Shown: positions 9,889-22,602, counted from the first letter of the stretch. The stretch: 64,000 nucleotides of DNA from an uncultured Myxococcales bacterium (GCA_903955385.1 CAJBNH010000137.1:10121-74120), one strand, 5' to 3'. Notes: generated by a model not told the origin, from the letters alone. Program-made: numbers and translations.

Positions 9889-10200
9889 GTGGCGTACGCA
9901 TCGCGATCGAGACGCTCCTTCTTGGTTGAGATCCTGAACAAGTCTGCGGCTTTGTGGGCGGTTGCCACGGTTGGGGCTGCCGCTGCCACGCTTCCTGGGT
10001 GTTGCGGCACAGGGCACAAGGACGAACCCGCTGATCCCGCACCGGATCCAGGCCTTGCGGCCAAGTACGGCGGTCCCGAGCCGGACCCGCAGCCCACGCC
10101 AGATCCCGTCCCCGCCGAGAAGTACGGTGGTCTGCCAGACGAGCCTGAGGCTCCGCCCGAGCCGGCCACGAAGTACGGCGGGCCATTCCGCAAGAACTAA
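9889..10200 (+). CDS. Small Tat-exported Pro-rich lipoprotein with three KYGG repeats
   Basis: GTG start with GGAGG 5 nt upstream (alternative ATG at 9868). Twin-arginine SRRSFL, hydrophobic stretch, LPGC lipobox. KYGG at 10063, 10120 and 10171. Confidence 0.75.
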   Translation: MAYASRSRRSFLVEILNKSAALWAVATVGAAAATLPGCCGTGHKDEPADPAPDPGLAAKYGGPEPDPQPTPDPVPAEKYGGLPDEPEAPPEPATKYGGPFRKN

Positions 10201-10313
10201 TCGCGGACCAGATGGTATGATTCTTCCAGACTTTTTCGCGATTGCGGCGCGATAGTGTACGGTTTAGGCTGATTCCAAACCTCGGCGCTGCGCCGTCCCC
10301 ATGGAGTTTTCCG

Positions 10314-12560
10314 ATGGCCAAGAGGCAACGGTTCGCTCGGCACATGCCTTCCCTCGTCCTTGCAGTCCTGGTCGCGGGGGCATCGGCGGTTCCGGCGCAC
10401 GCCGCAGTGCCCACCTTTGTTCAGGTGGAGGGTGCGCTGTTCGCCACAGGGGGCGGGCCGGTCGCCGACGGAAACTATGCATTGACCTTCAAGCTCTTCG
10501 CCGTCGAGTCGGGCGGCCAGGCCGTGTGGTCCGAGGGCCCCGTTCAGGCCGCCGTGAAGGGCGGCAGCTTCAGCCACGCGCTTGGCAGTCAGGAGGCCCT
10601 GACCCCACAAGTTCTGGCGCAGCAAGCGGTCTGGCTGGCGGTGCAGGTCGGCGCCGACCCCGAATTGGCGCGCAAGCCGATGTCCGCCTCACCCTTCGCG
10701 CTGCGGGCGGCCCTGGCCGAAGGGCTTGACTGCTCGGGGTGTGTCGCGCTGTCGCACTTGTCTGCGGACGTACTGGCGCCGTATGCGAAGTCGGCGTCGC
10801 TGGCCAAGGTCGCGGCTACTGGCAACTACGCGGATCTTGCGGGGGCGCCCGACCTCACCGTGTTTGCGAAGACGTCGGCTCTTGCGACGGTTGCCCTGAC
10901 GGGCAAGTTCGCCGACCTGGACGGTGGTCCCGACCTGTCGGCCTACACGAAGACCTCTGCACTGGCGGCGGTGGCGCTGTCCGGAGCATACGCGGACCTC
11001 GATGGCCTGCCGAATCAGGCCAAGCTGGGCGTGTCGTGTGGAACAGGTTTGGTGATCAAGGGGTTGAAGGCGGACGGCTCGTACGAATGCGTCGTCGCGA
11101 TGGACCCGACCGCGCTGCCTGGCGACGGCCTCGACGAGATCTCGTCGGGTGCGCTGACCAACCAGTTCACGGACGTCGTGAAGTCCGCCAAGACCGGCAT
11201 CGGCATCCCCGACAACAACCCGGTGGGCGTCAGCGATTCGGTCGACGTGCCCGACCTGGGTATCGCGCAGGCATTGACGGTTTCGGTGGACCTGGCGAAC
11301 AGCGACACCGCCAATCTGAAGATCCTGCTGCTCGACCCGACGGGGGCCAAGTACACGCTGTGGGACAAGTCTGCCAAGGGGACCGCCGTGAAGACGACCT
11401 GGCCGTCGCCCACCAAGACCGTGTCCGGCGACCTGACCAGCTGGGTAGGTCAGAACCCCAAGGGAAAGTGGTACTTGCAGGTCATCGACTCCGGCTTCCT
11501 GAACAACGCGATCGACGGTCAGTTGAACGGCTGGAGCCTGAACGTCTCGACCATGTCGGGCAAGAAGGTGGCCGCGACCGGGACCCTTCTGGTGCAGGGC
11601 ATGTTCGGGTTGCCGACCGCCGAGAGCGCGCCGGAGGCCTGCGACGCCACCAAATTCGGCTACATGTACGCGAACACCAAAGACAAATCGGTCTACTTCT
11701 GCAACGGCAAGTTCTGGTTTGCAATGGCCATCGACTTGGCGCCCAAGAATTGCAAAGAGGCGCTGGCTCAGGATCCGTCGGCCAAGGATGGCGTGTATGC
11801 CATCGACCCCGACGGTCCGTTCGGCAACGGCTCGATTCAGGTCTACTGCGACATGACGACCGACGGCGGCGGGTGGACGCTGTTGCGCAACATCGCCCCC
11901 AACGACGGCAACAGCGTCGGCTACAACAATCAGCAGTTCTGGACCACGCAGACCGAGTACGGTGTCTTCTCCGACCGCTTCGCCAAGGACTACAAGAGCC
12001 CGGCGGATTGGCTGGTCCAAGGCACGCAGCTGATGATTCAGTCGACCAACACCGGCGCGAGCGGGTCCGTCTTGGGCTGGCGCCGCTGGCCAATGCTGAA
12101 CAGTCAGGCGCGAGCGTTCAGCACGTTCTTCTCCACCGGCATCGTCAGCGTGCACGGCACCGATGCCTGTGAGACCGGCAACGCGGACGGGGGCGACGCC
12201 GGAACCTCGAATGCTTGGGACGACATCTTGCGGCGCGGCACCTGCCTGTACGCCGACGTGAATCCGAGCAGCAGCGGCGAAGGCGACACGATCCGCCTGA
12301 CCACGATCCCCGGAAACGGCACCGACAACATGATGTCGGGATTCGCCAGCTGCATTGATTGCGGCGCCTCGCCGTGGCAGGGATCCGGCGCGTACATGGG
12401 CTTGGACCGCGCCGGGTGCAACTCGACGGGCTGTGGCTACAACCAGATCTGCCGCATGCCGGGGCCTCCGGCTGCCGACTGCCAGGGCAATTACTGCAAC
12501 GGCACGTACTCGAACGCGTCCTGCGGATCGAACTGGAATGCGCGCTTCTACGTGCGCTGA
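10314..12560 (+). CDS. Secreted fibre-like adhesin: fibre N-terminal domain, tail-fibre-like repeats, proprotein-convertase P domain, fibrinogen-like YCDxxxxGGGW domain
   Basis: Signal peptide ending AHA; N-domain VEGAL...LTFKLF...VWSE...ASPFALRA; three ~27-aa repeats LAxVAxxGxYADL; P-domain ending GKWYLQVID...GQLNGWSL; VYCDMTTDGGGWTL. Confidence 0.8.
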   Translation: MAKRQRFARHMPSLVLAVLVAGASAVPAHAAVPTFVQVEGALFATGGGPVADGNYALTFKLFAVESGGQAVWSEGPVQAAVKGGSFSHALGSQEALTPQVLAQQAVWLAVQVGADPELARKPMSASPFALRAALAEGLDCSGCVALSHLSADVLAPYAKSASLAKVAATGNYADLAGAPDLTVFAKTSALATVALTGKFADLDGGPDLSAYTKTSALAAVALSGAYADLDGLPNQAKLGVSCGTGLVIKGLKADGSYECVVAMDPTALPGDGLDEISSGALTNQFTDVVKSAKTGIGIPDNNPVGVSDSVDVPDLGIAQALTVSVDLANSDTANLKILLLDPTGAKYTLWDKSAKGTAVKTTWPSPTKTVSGDLTSWVGQNPKGKWYLQVIDSGFLNNAIDGQLNGWSLNVSTMSGKKVAATGTLLVQGMFGLPTAESAPEACDATKFGYMYANTKDKSVYFCNGKFWFAMAIDLAPKNCKEALAQDPSAKDGVYAIDPDGPFGNGSIQVYCDMTTDGGGWTLLRNIAPNDGNSVGYNNQQFWTTQTEYGVFSDRFAKDYKSPADWLVQGTQLMIQSTNTGASGSVLGWRRWPMLNSQARAFSTFFSTGIVSVHGTDACETGNADGGDAGTSNAWDDILRRGTCLYADVNPSSSGEGDTIRLTTIPGNGTDNMMSGFASCIDCGASPWQGSGAYMGLDRAGCNSTGCGYNQICRMPGPPAADCQGNYCNGTYSNASCGSNWNARFYVR
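10782..11012 (+). repeat. Three tandem ~27-aa (81-bp) coding repeats resembling phage tail-fibre repeats
   Basis: YAKSASLAKVAATGNYADLAGAPDL / FAKTSALATVALTGKFADLDGGPDL / YTKTSALAAVALSGAYADLDGLP. Confidence 0.75.
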
Positions 12561-12627
12561 TGGGCGAGGGGCCCGCGGCGCCACCAAGGCTGCCTGACCT
12601 GAGGCGGACCGGACGCGCGCGGCATCG

Positions 12628-15600
12628 CTACAGGCAGGCGGGGTTGGCGCTGCCGGGCGTGCCCAGATCCTTGTTGGCTCCGAACGGAACTGTGCCCAGG
12701 CACCAGCTGCCGCCCACCTTGCTCTGGGCGTTGGTGGTCTTCCCGGGGTCGAGCGACAGGCTGCTGCCGGTGGCGGTCTTGGGCCAAGCGCCCGAGACGC
12801 CGTACGTGACCGCAGCGATGGCCTTGGTCGTGCAGATGCCGGACGCGGCCGTCCCCAAGCACACGGAGTCGCCGTTGTTGCCGAACTGCACGCCGCCATT
12901 GGGGTTGTAGCCATAGGCGTAGTCTGCCGTCGGTCCCCCGGCTCCGCCCGGAGTGGCGGACGCGGCGATGATGACGACAGCACCGGGTTGCACCACGAAG
13001 CCGGGCTTGGCGAGCTTGACGCTGTTGCCGTCGCCGTCGCCAAAGTACAGGCCCTCGAGCAACAGGGGCTTCGACGTGATGTTGCGCACTTCTGCCCACT
13101 CGTTCGCCTGTGACACGTTGGGTGCGTACATGATCTCGGTGATGACCAGCTCGCCCGCCACCGGCTTGACCGCCACCTCGGACTGGCAGGTTGCACTGCA
13201 GCCGTCGCCGTCGATGTGGTTGCCGTCGTCGCACTGCTCAGCGGGCTTGTCGACGACCGTGTCGCCGCAGGATGGCGCCTTGACGCACACCCCTGTCGCA
13301 CACCACATCCCGACGCCGCAGCTGGTCTGGTCGGCCGCGTTGGCTGGCTGGCATCCCATGATGGGGTGACACGCGTCGATGGTGCACGCGTTGCCGTCGT
13401 CACACGCAAGTGCGCCTCCCGCCTGGCATACGCCCCCGTCGCAGCTGTCGTCGACCGAACAGACGCTGCCGTCGGCGTCGCAGGCCTGACCCTGTTGGGC
13501 GCCACCCGCGAAGATGCATGTGCCGGTCGCCGCAACGCAGCTGTCGACCGTGCAGAACTTGCCGTCGTCACAGACCTTTGCGCTGCCGGCCACGCAGACG
13601 CCGGCCTTGCAGGTGTCCGGCGTCGTGCAGCCGTTGCCGTCGGCGTCGCAGGCGGCAGAGTTGGCGACATTCTGGCAGCCGGTCTTGGCGTTGCACGCGT
13701 CGTTGGTGCAGGGGTTGCCGTCGTTGCAGGTCTGGGCGGCTCCTGCCACGCACAGGCCGGACTTGCACGCGTCGTTTGCGGTGCAGACGCTGCCGTCGGC
13801 GTCGCAGACCTTGCCGTCGGCCGCGGGGACGGGACCGCACTTGCCCGACAGCGTATTGCAGGTCGTTGCAGCGCAAGGGCCGTCGCCCGCAGTGTTGCAC
13901 GTCACGACCGTGGCCGGGTTGACCTTGCACTGGAACGGGGCGCTGGACTTGTCGCAGTAGAACGTGCCGTTGCACAAATTGCCGTCGTCCTTGCAGTCCA
14001 CGTCCTGCTGGCACTGGCAGGTGTTGCTGCCGGGCACGCACGCCTTGTCCTTGCAGGTGTCGCCGGCGGTGCAGGGGTTGCCGTCGTCACAGACGGCCTG
14101 GTTGGCCAAGTGGGTGCAGCCGGTCTTCGGGTCGCAACCATCTGAGGTGCAAGGGTTTGCGTCGTCGCAGGTGGACGGGGGCTTGGCCTTGCCTTGGCAA
14201 GTGCCCTCCAGACACGTGTCCTGGTCGGTGCAGGCGTTGCCGTCGTCACAAGCCGCCGTCGACGCGGTGTGCTGGCAGCCCTTGGTGGGGTCGCAGGTGT
14301 CGAGGGTGCACGCTGCGCCATCGTTGCAGTCCACGGCCTCGCCGGTGCACTTGCCCGCCTTGCACGCGTCGGCTTGGGTGCAGGCGCTGCCGTCGTCACA
14401 GGCGATGCCGTCCGCCTTGGGGTCCAGCAAGCACTGTCCGGTCGAGGGGTTGCACGCGGGCGTCTGACACGCGCTGCCCGTCGTGCAGTTCTTGGGGACG
14501 CCCGCGTCGCACTGCGCCTGATGGCAGACGTCGCCCACCGTGCACAGGTCACCGTCGTCACAGCCCAAGCCATCGTCAGCCTTCGCGGTGCAGCCCTGGG
14601 CCGGGTCGCACGCGTCCAATGTGCAGGGGTTGCCGTCGTTGCAGGTCTTGCCGCCACCCGGGACGCACTTGCCGTCGGCGCACGAGTCGCCTTCGGTGCA
14701 GGCGTTGCCGTCGGCGTCGCAGCCGCCGGCGGTTGCCGTGTGGCCGCACGTCAGGGTCGCTGCGTCGCAAGCGTCTGTGGTGCAAGGGTTTCCGTCGTCG
14801 CACGCAAGCTCGTCGGTGTCGCCGTCGCAGTCGTCGTCCTGGCCGTTGCAGACCTCCAGCGCGACGATCGCTGAGCACGCGGACAGTCCCTTTTCGCCGC
14901 ACTGCCGCACGCCGACGCAGTGGTTGCCACCGCCTTCGACGTCCGCACTGCACGTCGTGCCCAGCTGGGCCGCGATCGCTGCGGGAGAGCAGTCGCAGTC
15001 GGTCGGGACACCCTGCTCGGTGGGACGCGGCACGCACTGCTTGGCCTGCTTGCCGTTCGCCGACACGATCGATTGGCAAGAGTGGTCGCCGGGGCAGTCG
15101 GCATCCTTGTCGCACGCAGCACCGCAGAAGCGTCCGAGCGGTCCGCGATCGACGCAGAGGGCCTTGGCCGCGCTCACCGCGGCGCAATCGGCGTCGGAGT
15201 CGCACGGGTTGCAGAGAACAGGCCACTGCGGCAAACACAAGTAGACGAGATCACTGCCTGAATTGGGGATGCAGACGTAGCCCGCCGGACAACTCGACGT
15301 GCAGGGCTGGCCGCAGATGCGTCCGTCGGCGGGCGTGTCGATGCAGTAACCGCTGTTGCAGTCGTCGCCCGTCTCGCACGCACAGCCGGGACCACCCTCA
15401 GCGTCGCAGGTCCAAGGGGGCAGCACCGCGTCCGACCCGTCGGCGGCATCGGCGTCCTGAGCGGACACGTCCTCGGGCGGCAGCACGTCCACATCGGTGC
15501 CGCCCAGATCCGGCAGCCCGCCGAAGTCCAGAAGAATTGTCACGTCTTGCGCGGCGTCGGAAGTGACGTCGTCGTCGACGGCGGGCGACGGATCCCCGCA

Positions 15601-15675
15601 CGCGCTGGCCAGAACCAGGCAGGCCAGCCAAGCGAGGGAGAGGAAGCTGCGGTCGGTGCGTGCGGTGGGCGCCAT
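12628..15675 (-). CDS. Cys-rich lipoprotein with C-terminal lamin-tail-like domain
   Basis: Start MAPTART; lipobox ASAC; Asp-rich tether; EVCNGQDDDCDGDTDE; many CDDGNPCT repeats; myxobacterial Cys repeat CGD...EQCDDGNHIDGDGCSATC; LTD-like GELVITEIMYAP...EWAEVRN...GTPGSAN. Confidence 0.85.
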   Translation of the reverse strand: MAPTARTDRSFLSLAWLACLVLASACGDPSPAVDDDVTSDAAQDVTILLDFGGLPDLGGTDVDVLPPEDVSAQDADAADGSDAVLPPWTCDAEGGPGCACETGDDCNSGYCIDTPADGRICGQPCTSSCPAGYVCIPNSGSDLVYLCLPQWPVLCNPCDSDADCAAVSAAKALCVDRGPLGRFCGAACDKDADCPGDHSCQSIVSANGKQAKQCVPRPTEQGVPTDCDCSPAAIAAQLGTTCSADVEGGGNHCVGVRQCGEKGLSACSAIVALEVCNGQDDDCDGDTDELACDDGNPCTTDACDAATLTCGHTATAGGCDADGNACTEGDSCADGKCVPGGGKTCNDGNPCTLDACDPAQGCTAKADDGLGCDDGDLCTVGDVCHQAQCDAGVPKNCTTGSACQTPACNPSTGQCLLDPKADGIACDDGSACTQADACKAGKCTGEAVDCNDGAACTLDTCDPTKGCQHTASTAACDDGNACTDQDTCLEGTCQGKAKPPSTCDDANPCTSDGCDPKTGCTHLANQAVCDDGNPCTAGDTCKDKACVPGSNTCQCQQDVDCKDDGNLCNGTFYCDKSSAPFQCKVNPATVVTCNTAGDGPCAATTCNTLSGKCGPVPAADGKVCDADGSVCTANDACKSGLCVAGAAQTCNDGNPCTNDACNAKTGCQNVANSAACDADGNGCTTPDTCKAGVCVAGSAKVCDDGKFCTVDSCVAATGTCIFAGGAQQGQACDADGSVCSVDDSCDGGVCQAGGALACDDGNACTIDACHPIMGCQPANAADQTSCGVGMWCATGVCVKAPSCGDTVVDKPAEQCDDGNHIDGDGCSATCQSEVAVKPVAGELVITEIMYAPNVSQANEWAEVRNITSKPLLLEGLYFGDGDGNSVKLAKPGFVVQPGAVVIIAASATPGGAGGPTADYAYGYNPNGGVQFGNNGDSVCLGTAASGICTTKAIAAVTYGVSGAWPKTATGSSLSLDPGKTTNAQSKVGGSWCLGTVPFGANKDLGTPGSANPACL

Positions 15676-15934
15676 GGGTTCCTGAGTCTGGCGGGCGGGG
15701 GTCCCGCTGGCCACGATGCTGAAGGTCACGACGCGCAGCGTCAACTCAGCGGCTGTGCGGAGTTGGGACGCTGGGGCAAACGGCAGCGGTAGCAGCTCCG
15801 GCCGGGTGGGGCGAGCGTTGACCCGTTTGACGGCTTGGAGTACCAGCAACGTTGGAAACGCTCGACCGGGTCCAGACTTGGCCAAAGACCCGGAGACCAC
15901 GCAAGGTGTTTTCGCGCCTTGCCCCGGAGAACCC

Positions 15935-18592
15935 ATGAAGATCCGTTCCTTGGCGGTTGCGATCACAAGCCTTGTGTGGCTTGCCGGTGCTTGCGGCTCT
16001 CCAGAGCAGGATCAGGACATCGCGTTGCCCCAAGACACCAGCCCCGACCTCGGCGGGGATGACGCGACCGATGACGTATCGGATGCCGTCGTCGACGTGG
16101 TGACCGACACTGTGGCGCCGGACGTCGAGCCAGACGTGCCCGCTCCCGTCTGTCCCGGTGGCCCCGGATGCACCTGCGAGCAGAATCTGGACTGCGACTA
16201 CGGCCTGTGTCTCGACACGCCCCAAGGGTGGTTGTGCGCGCAGCCGTGCGTCGGCAACTGCCCCGTGGATTTCAAGTGCGCCCAGATCAGCACTGGTTCC
16301 GGCGGCGACACGGAGAGCGTCTGCGTGCCCCGTTTCGGTTGGCGCTGTGACCCCTGCTCCAGTTCTGCGCAGTGCGCCGGCCCCGGTCATTCGGACGCCA
16401 AGTGCATCAAGCGCGGGCTGGACGGGGCCTTCTGCGGCTCGTCATGCGCGGTCGATGCGGACTGCGGCGACGGCTTCTCGTGCCGGACGGTCGACGTGGT
16501 CGAGGGGGGCACCGCCAAGCAGTGCGTGCTGTCGGACGAGGCATCGCTGTGCCCGTGCTCGCCTCGCGCGGCGGTCAAGGGGCTGTCCACCACGTGTCAG
16601 ATCTCCTATCCCGGCCAAGGTGACCCCGCGGTCTGCTCTGGCACACGGAGCTGCACGGCGCAGGGCCTGCTGTCGGACTGCTCGGCCCCTGCACCCGCGA
16701 TCGAAACCTGCAACACCGTGGACGACGACTGCGACGGCAAGACCGACGAGGCCACCTGCGACGACCAGAACCTTTGCACGCTGGACGCCTGCGATCCCAA
16801 GGGGCCGGGATCCGGTCAGGACGGCTGCACCCACACGCCCAATCCGGGCCTTGCGTGCGACGATGGCGACGTCTGCACCGCCGGCGACTTGTGCAAGGAC
16901 GGGCAGTGCGTGGCCGGTCCCGATGTCTGCGACTGCACCAAGAACAGCGATTGTGCCGAGTTCGAGGACGGTGACCTGTGCAACGGCACACTGGTTTGCG
17001 ACACCGCCGTCTATCCCCACAAGTGCAAGGTCGACGCGCCGACGGTCAAGAGCTGCGACCCATCGGCCGATACCGTCTGCCTCAAGAGCCAATGTGCCCC
17101 GGCGACCGGCCTTTGTTCGCCCAAACCGGCCAGCGACCTGACGCTGTGCACCGATGGCAACGCCTGCACCAAGGACGACGTCTGCAAGACCGGCCAGTGC
17201 ATCGGCTCCACGCTTGTCTGCAACGACAACAACCCGTGCACCAACGACTCGTGCGATTCCGGCAGCGGCTGCATTTATGCCAATAACTCCGCGGCTTGCG
17301 ACGACGGCAACGCGTGCACCTTCGGCGACGCCTGCAGCGGCGGTCAGTGCAAGGCGGGACCGCCGCCTGCCTGCAACGACGGCAAGCAAAACGGCAACGA
17401 GACCGACATCGACTGCGGCGGGGCGGGCACTTGCAGCCTGCCCGCGTGCGGAACCTGCGGCTCGAACGCAACGTGCAAGGGCAACGGCGACTGCGCGAGC
17501 CTCTCGTGCAAGCTGGGGCACTGTCAGGCACCCTCTTGCGTGGACGGCCTCAAGAACGGTGACGAGGAAGGCGTCGACTGCGGCGGGTCGTGCAACATGT
17601 GCCCCAGCCTGTTCCTGCTGGCGGGTGGAGCCAACTCGTTCGGTGCGCGGCTGATGAAGGGGGGCACTTGGGAGAAGAGCGACCTGGGTGTTCCGACGGT
17701 CGACGGAGTGGGTCTGGCGCTGTTGAGCGCCGGCGGCTCCGGGACGGTCGTGGGTGCGATCCGCTACACCAAGCTGCAGGATCCGCTGGACAACACGCTG
17801 CAAGTCACGATGTACGCAGACCATGTCTGGTCGCAACCCAAGATTCTGGCCGCGGGCATCACCACCCTGTCCGCTCCGGAGCTGGTCGCCCTGACCGGCA
17901 AGGTCCAGATCGCGTTCCACGGTCTCGATCACTGGTATTACTTCAGCGAATTCAACGGCAACGTCTGGTCTCCAGTCGAAACGGTCGGTTCGCCCGTGCA
18001 CTACGGGCCGGTCGGCCCAGCGCTGGCGTCCAAGTCCGGGGTCACGACCCTGGCCTTTCTCGACGGGGCTTCCAGCAACGATCTGAAGGTCATCGACCGC
18101 TCCGCCTCTTGGGGAGCCGCCAAATACGTCGGCAACGGCCTGAATTTCGGCCTGTCTCCCACCGCCGTCGTTCCCACCAGCGGCCCCGACCTGATGCTGG
18201 CGGCCGTCAAGCCCGACCAGCAGATCGTCTACTCTCAGCGCACAAGCGGCACTTGGACCTCAGCGGCCCTCTCGTCGGCGTGGACGACCCACCGCGTCGC
18301 CATGGCTGCCGACAACGGCCAGGTCGCTCTTGCGTTCCGCGGCCAGGACAGCAAGGTCTACGTGACGGTTTGGGCCAGCGTCTCAGGCCAGTGGACCGTC
18401 CCCGCCACCGTTGGCAGCACCCCGGCCACCACCAAGACGACGCCGGCCATCGCAAAGGGCATCGGCAGCGGTTGGGAACTGGCCTGGGTCGCCACCGACG
18501 GCACCGTGTTTCACAGCAGCCAGGTCGGGGGCGTCTGGAGTCAGCCTGTGGCGGTCGGCGTCAACGCAAACTCCGTGACACTGACGCGCTGA
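15935..18592 (+). CDS. Cys-rich lipoprotein with C-terminal beta-propeller (lectin/sialidase-like)
   Basis: Start MKIRSL; lipobox AGAC; Cys-rich stalk collinear with the 12628-15675 protein; CNDGKQNGNETDIDCGG-type repeats; C-terminal Trp-spaced blades (GGTWEK, HVWSQP, GNVWSP, GTWTS, GQWTVP, GVWSQP). Confidence 0.85.
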   Translation: MKIRSLAVAITSLVWLAGACGSPEQDQDIALPQDTSPDLGGDDATDDVSDAVVDVVTDTVAPDVEPDVPAPVCPGGPGCTCEQNLDCDYGLCLDTPQGWLCAQPCVGNCPVDFKCAQISTGSGGDTESVCVPRFGWRCDPCSSSAQCAGPGHSDAKCIKRGLDGAFCGSSCAVDADCGDGFSCRTVDVVEGGTAKQCVLSDEASLCPCSPRAAVKGLSTTCQISYPGQGDPAVCSGTRSCTAQGLLSDCSAPAPAIETCNTVDDDCDGKTDEATCDDQNLCTLDACDPKGPGSGQDGCTHTPNPGLACDDGDVCTAGDLCKDGQCVAGPDVCDCTKNSDCAEFEDGDLCNGTLVCDTAVYPHKCKVDAPTVKSCDPSADTVCLKSQCAPATGLCSPKPASDLTLCTDGNACTKDDVCKTGQCIGSTLVCNDNNPCTNDSCDSGSGCIYANNSAACDDGNACTFGDACSGGQCKAGPPPACNDGKQNGNETDIDCGGAGTCSLPACGTCGSNATCKGNGDCASLSCKLGHCQAPSCVDGLKNGDEEGVDCGGSCNMCPSLFLLAGGANSFGARLMKGGTWEKSDLGVPTVDGVGLALLSAGGSGTVVGAIRYTKLQDPLDNTLQVTMYADHVWSQPKILAAGITTLSAPELVALTGKVQIAFHGLDHWYYFSEFNGNVWSPVETVGSPVHYGPVGPALASKSGVTTLAFLDGASSNDLKVIDRSASWGAAKYVGNGLNFGLSPTAVVPTSGPDLMLAAVKPDQQIVYSQRTSGTWTSAALSSAWTTHRVAMAADNGQVALAFRGQDSKVYVTVWASVSGQWTVPATVGSTPATTKTTPAIAKGIGSGWELAWVATDGTVFHSSQVGGVWSQPVAVGVNANSVTLTR

Positions 18593-18801
18593 CCGAAAGG
18601 GCGGTTTTCCAGTCTTGTGAGGCCACTCGGAGAACGTTGCGCGCGAATGCCAAGAATCAATTGATATTGCAGCCACATGTTGATTTGCCGCATCGGTACG
18701 CGGTTGACGTCGGCCGCGCTCTCGCCCAACATGATTTCACGCGGGCCAGCCGTGTCCGTGTCGGCTTGCCGTCTCCGCTGCCCTGAAGCGAGCTCGCGTC
18801 G

Positions 18802-21750
<2,949 letters not shown>

Positions 21751-21768
21751 GGCCGGCCCGCGGGCCGA

Positions 21769-22602
21769 TCAGAACTCAGACCAGCGATCGTGCAGCTCTT
21801 GCGCCGTCCAGCGGTCGCCGCCGGTCGGGGCCACGCCCTCGCCCTGCACGCTGCGGATCAGCGCCACGCGGGGTCCCTGCACATCGACAACCTGACCAGT
21901 GATTTCGCGGGCTTGCGGCGACGCGAGGTACACCGCCACATCCGCGATGTAGTCCGGCGCCAGCAGCTCGGCGGCATTCGGCACGTCGGCAAACATCGGC
22001 TCGGTCAGCCGGGTGTAGGCAAGCGGGCTGATCACGTTGACGGAGATGTTGTGGGGCTTGAGCTCCATCGACGCCGACTTGCAGAACCCGATGATGCCTG
22101 CCTTCGCCGCTGCGTATGTCGCCAGACCCGCGCTGCCGTGGATGCCGATCAGACTGGTCGTTGCGAGGATCTGGCCGGGAGCCTTGCGCGCCAGCAGGTG
22201 GTTGGACACGGCCTGCACGGTCAGGAAGGTGCTGCCCAGCAAGCCCTTGATGGAGGCAGCCCACTTCAGATCGTCGATCTCGGGGATCGGCGAGTCGTTC
22301 ACGAAGCCTGCGTTGTGCACCAGCACATCCACCTGCCCAAAGCGAGCGATGGCGGCGGCCATCAGCGACTCGACGCCCGTGCGCGTGGACACGTCGTCGG
22401 CGTTGGCCAGCGCGACGTCGGCGCCAAGCTCGTCCGCGATCGCCTGTGCGATGGAGGGGTCGTGTCCCGTGCCGTCAGGCGCCGTGCCGTAATCGTTCAG
22501 GACCAGGCGGGCACCCGCGCGCGCAAATGCCCTTGCGTGGGACAGACCAATACCGCGACCAGCTCCAGTGATGATGACGACCTTTCCTGCAAGCACTGCC
22601 AT
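21769..22602 (-). CDS. SDR family NAD(P)-dependent oxidoreductase
   Basis: TGAGRGIG, HNAG and catalytic YAAAK. Confidence 0.92.
   Translation of the reverse strand: MAVLAGKVVIITGAGRGIGLSHARAFARAGARLVLNDYGTAPDGTGHDPSIAQAIADELGADVALANADDVSTRTGVESLMAAAIARFGQVDVLVHNAGFVNDSPIPEIDDLKWAASIKGLLGSTFLTVQAVSNHLLARKAPGQILATTSLIGIHGSAGLATYAAAKAGIIGFCKSASMELKPHNISVNVISPLAYTRLTEPMFADVPNAAELLAPDYIADVAVYLASPQAREITGQVVDVQGPRVALIRSVQGEGVAPTGGDRWTAQELHDRWSEF

Noticed and set aside
10314-12560. Prophage remnant suggested by tail-fibre-like repeats
   Set aside because: The gene has a signal peptide and host-like codon usage, and no integrase, capsid or tail genes are nearby.
10689-13670. 993-aa minus-strand ORF
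   Set aside because: Shadow of two well-supported genes; high-GC codon bias leaves alternative frames stop-poor; no motifs.
6500-17600. Recurring tgcgacgacggcaac-type DNA repeats as CRISPR or DGR elements
   Set aside because: They are in-frame codons for CDDGN repeats with irregular spacing. There are no cas genes, reverse transcriptase or template/variable repeat pair.
21754-21767. Palindrome CGGCCCGCGGGCCG between convergent genes as a terminator
   Set aside because: GC-only, with no proper loop or U-tract; likely to arise by chance at this GC content.
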